From the NCBI GenBank assembly GCA_002633005.1, contig NMRA01000145.1:275898-339897 (forward strand): a stretch of DNA of 64,000 bases. The letters are read 5' to 3'. The DNA is from Phoronis australis (taxonomy: Eukaryota > Animalia > Phoronida). The translations under genes were made by a program, and so were the position numbers. Numbering within the stretch: the stretch's first letter is position 1; each line of letters opens with the position of its first letter. The notes beneath the pieces were generated by a model, which had not been told where the DNA came from, made no database searches, and worked only from the letters and a program-made list of their open reading frames with translations. Shown here piece by piece: positions 53,463 through 64,000 of the stretch.

Positions 53463-54638
53463 GTAGGTTGTGTACTTCGCCCAATACGTGCAGCTGGTCT
53501 AGATNGGGGGGGGGGGTGTGTGTGTGACTGAAAATTGATTGGGTTTGGTTGGCCTCGTGAATTATCTCATAGAACTGCTCGATTTCGATTTTGATGTGGG
53601 TGTGTCATTCAGGATTGGCTACGCTGTTGGTATTTTTTTCCCTAAACATTAAGTACCCGCATGTAAAATGGTTGTTTTTTCACTTTTTAAATGGTAAAAG
53701 CTCTTGTATTGTCAAAATACAGAATGCTCTTGTTTATATAGACTAATTGAAAAGTTTTGTTGCAAAATGAGATATCTGCCAAATTTGAATACTGAAATAG
53801 GACTGTCATATATCGCTGTTTGGAAGGAAATAGCATTCATCAAGACAGGTTGTATCAGGTTTTGGTGAAAAATGATTGAGGTTTCGAGTAGCCTTGACGA
53901 TCGATGGTGTTGTCATAAGTGGTTCTAAAATTTCAAATTTGGCGGATATCTCATTTTGCAATGAAACTCTGCGATATAAGGTCAGTGGCCATCCAAAACT
54001 CCTTGGAATTAAAATGAGTGTTATGTTACAACTCGTTGTTATGGATCTGGTGATATATATCTGCAATATTTTATGAACATTGTGGCATCTGTGGGAAGTA
54101 ACCCGTTATGGTAATGTGTCCTCAAATTCGAACAAAAATAATGGCTAAAATTGTCATTTTTTTCATTTTTCTAACACTCACTGCATTGCCAAAATGATCA
54201 AAATTTCATCATTTATTTGTTGAAGACAGTGGTATTATATAAAGTTTTCAACTAATCAAGCAAAACTGTCTTCTTGTTTACTCTTATTGAAAATGTTTCT
54301 ATAAAGTAAAATTTTACTGCTCCACTATATTATGTTTGAATTTGAAGAAGCTTTACCGTAATGTTTTTTAGCATGGATAGGAAGTTAACTGTTTGTCATT
54401 CACGTGTTTGATTTTTAATTTCATTCAAGCATGATGAAGTTGTCGCTGTAATTTTGGTCCAAATTTTGTATTTGTATTAAGGAAATGTCTTTTAAGTGAA
54501 AAAATTACACATTAAAGATTTAGATTTTGTTGTAAAAGTTTAGATTTGATAGTTGCTCAGTTACAAAAATCTGGCAAAGATGTTAACTATTGTCGAATAT
54601 ATAGTGTATTGATGTTAAGGGAAAGCTTTTTGTTTCAG

Positions 54639-54773
54639 AAAAAGACTCACTTTAATAGTAGAGCTAGCAGTGCCGTTCATGACAGCAAAGACGCCCGACT
54701 CCTTTACAAAGAAAAACCCCACCTCAGCTTTAACGCGGATTGGAATAGGCCGAGTACAACGCATACATTCAGG
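54639..54773 (+). CDS. FAM149B1: FAM149 exon 10 (KKTHFNSRASSAVHD...RPSTTHTFR)
   Basis: Acceptor tgtttcag, donor GTGAGT, phases 0/0. Matches SRAQSAVVD and RPNTTQSF. Confidence 0.92.
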
Positions 54774-55631
54774 GTGAGTAAGGGTCGAAGCAACCATTTT
54801 AGCCAAACATGCATGGGTGGGGTATGAAGAGTCTTTTTGGGCAGTGCGGCGTTGCATTCTGTTAGTGTCTTGCTAGTTTGGCGAAATCATGTCAGTTAAA
54901 GGCTAGCGTTTTGTGAGTAAGCTCGCTAATTAACTACCGAAAACTAGAAAAATGACCACCAGCAAAGTGATTAAATGGCTGGGCTGTTGAATTTTGGGAG
55001 GAATATTCAGTATTTCCTGTTTCCTAAACCCCAGGTGTCTTGTGAATAACTAACATGGTGCAATGCGACCCTGTTGACGACTGTGTCCTTATCTGTAGTA
55101 GACACGATTGTTCACATGTTTTTGCTCATCCAAAGTAAATTCATTCTGGTCTTATACTTTGTTTGAACTGAAATTGCTTTCAAAAAATTGCCTGGAATTC
55201 CCGTGAGGGTCACACTGTTGTGGCGATCGAAACTAATCGGACTTGGCAAGGAACTATTCTGAAGCCATGATAACATGTTAGGTCTTCTCAAGCCTAGACA
55301 TATTTCTAATCTGAGTAAGGAACGAGGTGACTCTAATTTTATGATAACACGTGGTCTAAATGAAAAGTTGGTTTTTAACCTAGCCTTTGTTTTTTTGGAG
55401 AAGATGAATTTCTAGCTGTAATAAAATTTGTGCTAAAGGTAACTTACGTGTGGTGTGCAAAATTGTTATTTATAACTTATAGATTTGTTCTTGACAAAGA
55501 AGTATCTTTGATTATGCTTCTTAAGATCAATTGTATCTGACAAGATGGAAAATGTGACCTCAGTTCATATAATAATAATAATATAATAATATATTGACTT
55601 AAATTAACATGTGATTCTTAAATCATTTCAG

Positions 55632-55713
55632 TCGGATATGATGACCCCCTTCGGTAACCCCCGCCGTTCATCTACACCGCATGACATTAATGGCAAACGA
55701 GGAGTGAGTCAGA
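55632..55713 (+). CDS. FAM149B1: FAM149 exon 11 (SDMMTPFGNPRRSSTP...VSQ)
   Basis: Acceptor catttcag, donor GTAAGT, phases 0/1. Confidence 0.8.
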
Positions 55714-56399
55714 GTAAGTCTGGAAGCAATTTTGTGAAATTTTGATTTTGTGATATGACATTAAGTGGGTTCCAGTGTTCTACAATTCATTAAAATGTTG
55801 TGCTTATGAATATATTTTATTATTTAAGCACAGACATCTTCTAAATTATTTTTTTCTTGAAAATTCATGATTTTCGATGTGGCATGAAGACACTACTCCA
55901 AGTTTGGACTGACATTCCAGACCTGATAAAAATTTTTACTGAAATAACGTTTCACGCATCAGGATGCCAATTTCATTAGTTTGGTTATTGAAATAAACTT
56001 GGGCCATGTGAAATGACGACGAATACATGCTTAGAATTTCCTGCCTGCACAGCTCCATGTATTGTGCTTCAGTTGGTTGATCTTCTTCTAGTGTTTGTGG
56101 ACGTTCCAGAAAGTCCCAGCGAAGGCTGGTAGTACTCCCTCTGTTGGGCAAGTAGATTGAGGTCCCACTCGTTTCCACACGTACCCCTCAAATTTGTGAA
56201 ACCCCAAATCCATGTGGATATTGACGTGTGCGTGCGTGCGGTTTGTATTTATGTGTACTGGCAAACGTGGCACTCCTTCCCGGAGCTGTCTTTTCCTGTG
56301 TTTCATCTCGGGAGGAGTGTGTGCCATGGTAATTACCCATGTTTCTCCACCCCGGTTGTTCAGCGCTTGTATTGTCACGTGTTGTCCCTCCTTCACCAG

Positions 56400-56516
56400 A
56401 TTCGTCAAGCTTTCTCGGCATTACGGGTAGCAGCATCAGCAATCCCCCGAACACAGACCACGGTCAAGGGGATGAGGACGACGACGTCGGCTATATCATA
56501 CACCACTCTCAGATCG
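56400..56516 (+). CDS. FAM149B1: FAM149 exon 12 (SSSFLGITGSSIS...DEDDDVGYIIHHSQI)
   Basis: Acceptor cttcaccag, donor GTGAGT, phases 1/1. GC-rich, coding-like composition. Confidence 0.8.
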
Positions 56517-57576
56517 GTGAGTATCGGTCACGGTGTTGTACATTATGATAGTTGAGAGTTGAACGGAACACATGTTGGCTTTAGAAACAATGCAAAACAA
56601 AGCTAGAGTATGACATGTTGGACCGGTGAAGGTGAAGTATTCTGTGATGAAGTTTTCTGTTCAAGCACCAACATGATTTTGACGTTTTTGTTTCTGTCGT
56701 AGTATGAACTGGAGCTGAGTGACTGAGTTTTACTCATGTACTCTATAATATATACAGATGTTAATTCAGGTTACAAGTTTTGTACTTGGTGTCCCCTAGT
56801 TTGAGGCTGCAAATAAAAGGTTACGAGTTCAAAATTAAGCATGCTGCGTCATTGTTGGAGTTATTGAGTGTGACCTTCGGATATTTATTTGTGCACGAAG
56901 CAACCTTTATACACGTCTTGTGTACTATTAGTACTCAGAACTGAGGGTGAAAACTGAACTGAGAAGAACATTTCTGACCCATTACAGCCCTACACAATAA
57001 GGGGGAGTTTGGAGTTTGTGCCCTTGAGCAACTATTGTCTGCTGTGATGTTGCCGATATGTAGTTATTGTTACTTGAAATAGACTTGTGTGCATAACTGC
57101 ATCCAGATGTCCATTTTGTGAAAAGTGACTTAGGCTTAAGTTAGGAATTTGGTCTTACACTCCCCACAGCTAGTTCTGGAAATACTTAAATGTCACTTCA
57201 GCAAAAATACAAAGGCGCTGAGACTGTCTCCATAGTTCTAATGAGTGAGATAATTTCTATACTCTTTTCTAGGTTGTGATGTGGTAATATTTACATGGTT
57301 ATACCTTTATTAAGTATTTGGGAAGTGGCAGCGTAAGGCCAAATTTCTGTCTTCAGTCTTTTAAGACTTCAAAGTCACTTTCACGAAACAGACCATAGTA
57401 GTTGCATTTAAGATTGGTCTCGATTCAATTTAGCTATAGTCATAGTTATCGCAGTCTTAGTCGATATGTTATTGCGTAGTCTACATTTTCCCATTTTAGT
57501 TGTAGCAAGCATTCTCAGTTTTACTGGTTAGCGTTAGTTAGAAGTCTGCATGAAGGTTTATCTAATTCCCTTGCAG

Positions 57577-57617
57577 ATCACCACGCTCTTCTCAGCAAGC
57601 TGACGATCAAGGAGTGA
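57577..57617 (+). CDS. FAM149B1: FAM149 candidate terminal exon A (DHHALLSKLTIKE*)
   Basis: Branch-like CTAAT plus acceptor ttcccttgcag, phase 1 in frame. AATAAA at 59062-59067 is followed by GT-rich sequence. Confidence 0.6.
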
Positions 57618-59920
57618 CATGTAATGGAAATGTAGTTCGTGTGTGCGCAAGGTTTTTGGCTTGCTTGTTTGTGATATGTGACATTACTGAATTCAGTTAA
57701 AATTAAGTTCGTCGGTTTCCCTTCTCGCGACCGTCCATAAAATATGCGCGTGACTCAAAGTATTTCAGTAATGAAAATTCATTCTGGAAAGCCCTAATAC
57801 TTTCACACTCTAAAGGAATTACCCATTGGGTGATGTCTAATGCACGGTCAAAATCATTTGATATCTGACAAAAAGTACAACATATTTGAACGTAGTTAGT
57901 AATGTCACATCGTCACATTGTCGGCTGTTTTGTAACGGATCTATTTGTTGATTAACATGCATTGCTGTATTCTTCTTCATAGGAAACGCCAGTCCCCGCA
58001 GTGAACAAAATGGGTTCCGCCTTCGCACCAGATCCTTTACTCTGCCTTCTGTTAACAAACTTGTTTGACTGTATGCTTGGTAATCCATGGTGCCGTGATG
58101 TGGTCTGACTGTGTGCACTGGGTTAACCCACTGTTTAACAACACAATTATTGTAAAGTAGTGACGTGATGTCACTCCATGCCAGCTCTGCTCGTTTTGCA
58201 GTTTTACATGATAAAGGCATTAGAATTTGTCACAACCAATAATGCAGTTGCCTGGGAGTTTTTTCATAGCCGTGTAGTGCCATCTGGTGACAGCCTTTAG
58301 TTATGTCCTAAAACAGTTTCTCATATATGCACTAGTAAAATGTGTAGTTTTAACATAGCTGTTGTTAAACAGTGAGTGTTGTCCAGTTAACAAGAGCCTC
58401 TGCTATGGAGAGTGCTCAAACGTGTTGGTCTAGTTGCGTGTGTGGTATGTTGTGGTCCTTCCGTTTGTGGATTAACATTTGCTTTTCAGTGGTGGTTGAA
58501 GTGTTTCTTGGCAAACAAAATTGTTTTTTGTGTTTTGGCTTTTGTTAGTTTGAGGTTTTACCCACGTCGACTTTTGAATTGATCTGCCATTGATGTGTAA
58601 GTTGTAAATTTAATCTGAACAGACTACTGTACTGATTTTGAATTTTAGTGTAGCTCTGCCCATTTTGGGCTCAGGGACAGGCTGTTGAGAAGTTGGCATG
58701 GGTGTCAGGCTGTTGCTGTCCTAAAACTCATCAACTTTTGACCTCAAACTTTGACCCTTTGTTGGTAGAGATAGGGGAGATTTACCTCGATTGTCCTGCA
58801 CCATACAACATTGATGGCGGCAAGAGTTATGCTGTAATTTTATCATGCATGGACGTTTTATGTCATGTTACAGTGAGGTGTATTCTTTAGTTTTAGCTGA
58901 AGCATCCAAGCTTGGGTGTGTATTGATTTCTAGATCGTTGAGTTACACTACCTGAACCTGAACTTAAGTGTGCTTCTGTTGGTTACCTTTGGTTTTGTTC
59001 ATATGTTGCGTGTTAAGTCGTTTCAGCTTTATTTTTTATTTTAAGATGGCAAAAAGAAATGAATAAATACTCAGAACTATTATAGTGTGTATATATAGTT
59101 GTATTGTTATAAATCGTCGTGTTCATATCGTGTAAGCATGAAATGTGAAATATATGAAGACTAGCCTTTGTTTTTTATGTTATAATGTGCCTTCTGTTAA
59201 AATTAACATTGGGCTTAGACTACCTATGTTAAAACCACCCTCATCTTGATCTTTAAAAAGGTTGGAAGTGCTTTCTAGGCTTTGAAAGAACTCGCAGGAA
59301 ATAACTTACAATACAAGTGAAAAATATTCACCCGAAATTGCCTGTCACAATGGCTGGGCAGAAGCTGAATTCATCGTCATAGTAACCTTTCATGTTCGAG
59401 AATGAATGGCGGTTAATTAACAGGAAAGTCTGTAAGATGGTTAAGCCACTGTGTAATTAGAATTCAGCCGCTCTTATAGTTAGTATCAGTCATTTTCATT
59501 GTTCAAAGAACTATTTGTCATGACGATAACATGGTAAGCTTGGCAGGCTCTTCCCCAAACATGTATTTCTGACAGTGCTGTGAATTGGCTGTCTACTTTC
59601 TTCATTTCTGGGGACTGTTGCTTATGGAGTGATATATGGCTTAAATCAGAAACTTTTTCTTGGGCTCCACACAAGTATTCCCAGTGAATAGTGTTGGATT
59701 TAAAATCAGGAAAGTACAAAGTCTCAGAGAGCATGCCTAAAGTAACTAATGAATCTGTGTTTTAAAAGTATTGTCATTTTGGTGAATCATTCTGTGCATT
59801 GCAGATTGGTTGCAAAGTGGGAGCGTAAGAAACAGTTCTGACTGTGGCCTTTAGTCACTTTTTATGAAACAACCTTGAAGTCGAGTGCTCACAGTTGTAA
59901 CCTTTTGTCTTCATTTTCAG

Positions 59921-59991
59921 CTCCAAGAGAAGGTGGACACCTGAATAATCCTTACCGCAAAGCAAAATTTATCAGCTCCTTGGCGAGGTGA
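59921..59991 (+). CDS. FAM149B1: FAM149 candidate alternative terminal exon B (APREGGHLNNPYRKAKFISSLAR*)
   Basis: Strong acceptor ccttttgtcttcattttcag, phase 1 in frame, TGA-TAA double stop, AATAAA at 60826-60831. Confidence 0.55.
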
Positions 59992-61441
59992 TAAAAAGCC
60001 CATGGCATGCTGAATAGAGTACTGCTAAAAGGACCAGTTGGGAGTGACGTGGTGAATGGTTACTTAAACACGCAATTACACTGCTGAACAGTCTGCAGTC
60101 AAATCATTCTTGAGGCCAAAGGTCAGACGTGGCCAGTGTGATACAGTGTAGCTTTACGCAATCAGCCAATCAAGAGAGGACTTGACCAGCGGCCATGTTG
60201 GCTGAAAGATGGCGCACGTCTGCTTGTGAGATTTAGGAACAGACTTTCCCTATGTGATATTGGACACTGAGGAATATAACTTCACTTTTATTTTTATGTG
60301 ATCTCTAACAAGTCCATCTTTTTTGAAAGGAAGGAAACTAGTAAAGTTTATTTGACTGGAGATGGACAAAGTTGCCTGATGTGACCAAAGGCGGATTGTA
60401 TATGGTGTTCCAGAGAAAAACGTTTGTCTTCAAATAGGCAATTATGTAAGCATGTATCAGACTCATCGTATAAGATCACTGATTGGTTACTGTATATTTG
60501 CGTATTTATGCCCATGTTCTTGAAGGTGAGGCTTCGCCTTTGTCTGGAATTAGGCACATGCCCCCTATAGGGGAAATACTTGAGTAGAACCATGGAATGC
60601 GGAAGAAACCTTAAAACTATGCGAGTCAAATTTGACTTTTCAATTACAGAATAGTAGGTGTTGACATGTACAGTAATATCACCAGTTTAGGTTATAATGA
60701 TGCAGACACATGAAATTTCATTTTTTCATTTTGAAATATAAGTAACACCAAACAAGTGTTGCTACTTTAAAGTTCTATATGATATTAGCGAGATTTTACC
60801 GCATTCAGTTCAGCACTAACTGTTAAATAAAAGAATGGACAGGAAAATATAGTTTAAGATGTGTACATGTACCTAGGCACCTACACCTATATACATAACT
60901 TAGGTGCCTGTATGTGAAAACAATTGAGTAGGTGCATGGGCCTAAATATGTACGTATACCATAAAATCTCACAAACCTAAGACAAGATATAGTGGACAAG
61001 ATGAAATTTTATTTTTTTTAATAAATAATTGACTCCAAACAAAAGCTTTATTTCAAAGTTCTATACCTAAGCTACCTTTGAGAAATTGTGGGGCATTTAC
61101 AACATTTTGAAAAATGGAAAAGGTCAAATTTGGCAATTATTTTTGTTCGAAATTGATGCAATTTTGCCGTACTGTAACTATTTGAAACCTTGATTTACTT
61201 TGTCCGTGATCTGAACATGACATATTCGTGACTAAAAGTCTGATTAACCTGTTCGTATCTTGTTTTTAGCCTTTATAGAATATTTATTTTCTGTTTCATT
61301 TAGTCATCATTTTATTGATGCCCCTGTAAAACAAAGCTACCTCAGTGTTTGTTAGACAGTTGTGTATCTGAAGTTGTTTTATCTGGAACACCATGTTGGA
61401 ATCAAGAATTAGAAAATGTGTTACATCTAAATGAACAAAGA

Positions 61442-63180
61442 TTAACCAATTTTTACGTCAAAGTATAAACTATTTTTGATGGAGATTGTGTACATATATT
61501 GATATGATGTAAATTGTACAGAAATTAAACTTAGGAATCTCATTATTTTCTCTGGGAATGCCCTAGCTTGCTTTTTGTAACGTTCGGTCAGTGTTGCCAT
61601 TCCAAGACAGTTGCATTGTTGACAAAATTCGTTGATGCTGATAGTCACTAATAGGTAGATGTTCAAGTTAGATGTTACTCGTGATAATACAATTCTAATG
61701 TTTTGGCCCAGTTAAAAAGTTTAATTGAACCCAAATGGCCAACGTTTTTTATTTACCACAAAATGTATGTTCTTGGTATTATTTTCCTCCAGGAAATTCA
61801 GTTTCTTTGTAAACACCTTGTTAAAATGCATTTTCTGTAGCTCAGCATATTAAATATCCTGTAACTCGTTTGTACTGCATGTAATTGATTCTGTTGTCTC
61901 TGATTTGCCAATAGAGGGCAGGTCGCTGGGTATACATGTGAGTGACCTCTTATTGCAAGCCCTGTCCTAAGAAAGGTGATGTCACTGTCTGTTTACACCT
62001 GCTCTATTAAAGTTCATTATTTTCCTTGTTCATGTAATTCCTTTCAGACAGGGTATTCACCTGAATGTTCATAGATGCAGTATTGTCTTTAAGAACCATT
62101 ACCATCACTAAGTATTACATCTCTACAGATCAATAAACTTTCATTATTTTTTCATCAAGCATGTACTAACTTTACCAATAATTGTGCATAGTTATGCAAA
62201 TGTGGAACTTTAAGGATAAGAGTCGCACTCCAGTTGTTGTAAGGGATTGTGCATAATTATCAACTTTTTCAATAGAGAACGAGATGGTTAACGGCTGGCG
62301 TACGCTTTTNTTAACCAATTTTTACGTCAAAGTATAAACTATTTTTGATGGAGATTGTGTACATATATTGATATGATGTAAATTGTACAGAAATTAAACT
62401 TAGGAATCTCATTATTTTCTCTGGGAATGCCCTAGCTTGCTTTTTGTAACGTTCGGTCAGTGTTGCCATTCCAAGACAGTTGCATTGTTGACAAAATTCG
62501 TTGATGCCGATAGTCACTAATAGGTAGATGTTCAAGTTAGCTGTTACTCGTGATAATACAATTCTAATGTTTTGGCCCAGTTAAAAAGTTTAATTGAACC
62601 CAAATGGCCAACGTTTTTTATTTACCACAAAATGTATGTTCTTGGTATTATTTTCCTCCAGGAAATTCAGATTCTTTGTAAACACCTTGTTAAAATGCAT
62701 TTTCTGTAGCTCAGCATATTAAATATCCTGTAACTCGTTTGTACTGCATGTAATTGATTCTGTTGTCTCTGATTTGCCAATATAGGGCAGGTCGCTGGGT
62801 ATACATGTGAGTGACCTCTTATTGCAAGCCCTGCCCTAAGAAAGGTGATGTCACTGTCTTTGTTTACACCTGCTCTATTAAAGTTCATTATTTTCCTTGT
62901 TCATGTAATTCCTTTCAGACAGGGTATTCACCTGAATGTTCATAGATGCAGTATTGTCTTTGAGTACCGTTACCATCACTAAGTATAACATCTCTACAGA
63001 TCAATAAACTTTCATTATTTTTTCATCAAGCATCTACTAACTTTACCAATGATTGTGCATAGTTATGTAAATGTGGAACTTTAATGATAAGAGTCGCACT
63101 CCAGTTGTTGTAAGGGATTGTGCATAATTATCAACTTTTTCAATAGAGAACGAGAGGGTTAACGGCTGGCGTACGCTTTT
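61442..63180. repeat. Near-identical ~870 bp tandem duplication split by one N (61442-62309 / 62311-63180)
   Basis: Copies differ only by scattered substitutions and small indels. The junction is exactly at N 62310. Confidence 0.95.
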
Positions 63181-63278
63181 AAAATTTTCTGAAAATGTCT
63201 GTGGAAATCTCAAATCACACGTTTTGTTAACTTTTGAAAACGTTAATAATTATGAGTGATCCCAAACGAACTCAAAAG

Positions 63279-63428
63279 TTTTACAATGGTGGACGTCGTA
63301 CTTGGCACCTCAACACAAGTGGCCCATTTTACAGTTGTGGACGTCGTACTTGGCACCTCAACACAAGTGGCCCATTTTACAGTTGTGGAAGTCATACTTG
63401 GCACCTCAATACAAGTGGCCCATTTCAG
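63279..63428. repeat. 48-bp minisatellite x~3
   Basis: Unit GTGGACGTCGTACTTGGCACCTCAACACAAGTGGCCCATTTTACAGTT. Confidence 0.92.
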
Positions 63429-63679
63429 TATTTCTGGTGTCATAGTTAATACTGTAAGAGTAATGAATTGTTTAAAGTACTAGTTGAATGTTCATAAATT
63501 AGCATGTGAGGCGATTAAAATAAGGTTATGTATGACCTGTTTGCCAAGTCTGTGTATTTGGGCAAATGCCTGTTTAAAAATTGCAGGTACACTTAACAGA
63601 TGTGTCTGTAGGCCGCTTGTGTGGGCCCACTGAACTGATTTGAAACTATTTTATGCTTTATTGATATACACTTAAAAAC

Positions 63680-63790
63680 GAGCTGAGGAAATGGAGGCCT
63701 GACTCAAGGGTCTAACAGTGTGCCCCAGTAGGACTCATACCCATGACCTTGAGAAAAAGACATTTATCCCACTAGGTGGCACTGCCTCCT
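63680..63790 (-). mobile_element. Degenerate tRNA-derived SINE head and core
   Basis: Minus strand GGCAGTGCCACCTAGTGGGATAA (A-box like), GGGTATGAGTCC (B-box like), then ACCCTTGAGTCAGGC resembling the CCTTGAGCAAGGC SINE core. Confidence 0.5.
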
Positions 63791-64000
63791 CTTGCCAACT
63801 CTACAAAACTGTAGATTTTATCTCAGTAAGTGGTAACGATAACATGGCTAAATTTCATTTGAGTTAAACATGAAATCACAAAAATTGTTACTTTTCTAAA
63901 TTAGGATTTCCTTTGTTTCATGCAATTCTTGAATTTTTTTCATTTTTGACTAGTTGTGCAAAAGTGGAACATATTAAAAACAATTACCAGCAGCATTTTG

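Larger units (their letters stand above)
8031..57617 (+). other. FAM149B1: FAM149 family gene (FAM149B1-like primary cilium protein), overall coding span, 13 coding exons, ~617 aa
   Basis: The exons below join with GT-AG introns of matching phase (2,2,0,2,2,0,2,0,0,0,1,1) into 1854 nt including the stop. Motif order matches human FAM149B1 as recalled: RYTRK, DUF3719 core, EEY.A.D, YPP..P, F D.VW, MRPGS, LPPI, RA.SAV.D, RP.TT..F. It is likely co-orthologous to FAM149A/B1. Confidence 0.9.

Noticed and set aside
55936-56555. Stack of six overlapping ORFs
   Set aside because: By-product of the GC-rich FAM149 exon 12 and its flanking intron. Only the phase-consistent frame is supported.
58276-58289. 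CTCF-like motifs (also near 4790, 18176, 63769)
   Set aside because: Short motif matches cannot be distinguished from chance or repeat-borne copies without binding data.
63234-63483. Repeat ORFs / CRISPR-like periodicity
   Set aside because: Contiguous 48-bp units without unique spacers, no cas genes, and a eukaryotic context: this is a minisatellite.

Overview
AT-rich animal genomic DNA from a draft assembly (N gap 3079-3236; single Ns at 24086, 53504, 62310). It is probably a marine invertebrate, but the species cannot be determined from the sequence. Three genes are supported. (1) The 3' part of an uninterrupted ORF, open from the window edge to 1357, encoding TPR-like repeats plus a C-terminal TIR domain. 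(2) A full-length U3 snoRNA on the minus strand (~7189-7408). (3) Head-to-head with U3, a 13-coding-exon FAM149 (FAM149B1-like, DUF3719) gene from ATG 8031 to a stop at 57617, about 617 aa, with all splice phases consistent. It has a 29.7 kb first intron and a second in-phase candidate last exon (59921-59991). The rest is intronic/intergenic DNA with Harbinger-type MITEs, LINE and SINE fragments, dispersed repeats, mini/microsatellites and an ~870 bp tandem duplication across an N. The most interesting unexplained items are the TPR-TIR protein and a ~370 nt hairpin/pseudoknot-dense island (6185-6555) just downstream of U3. No prokaryotic-type system (CRISPR, operon) is present.
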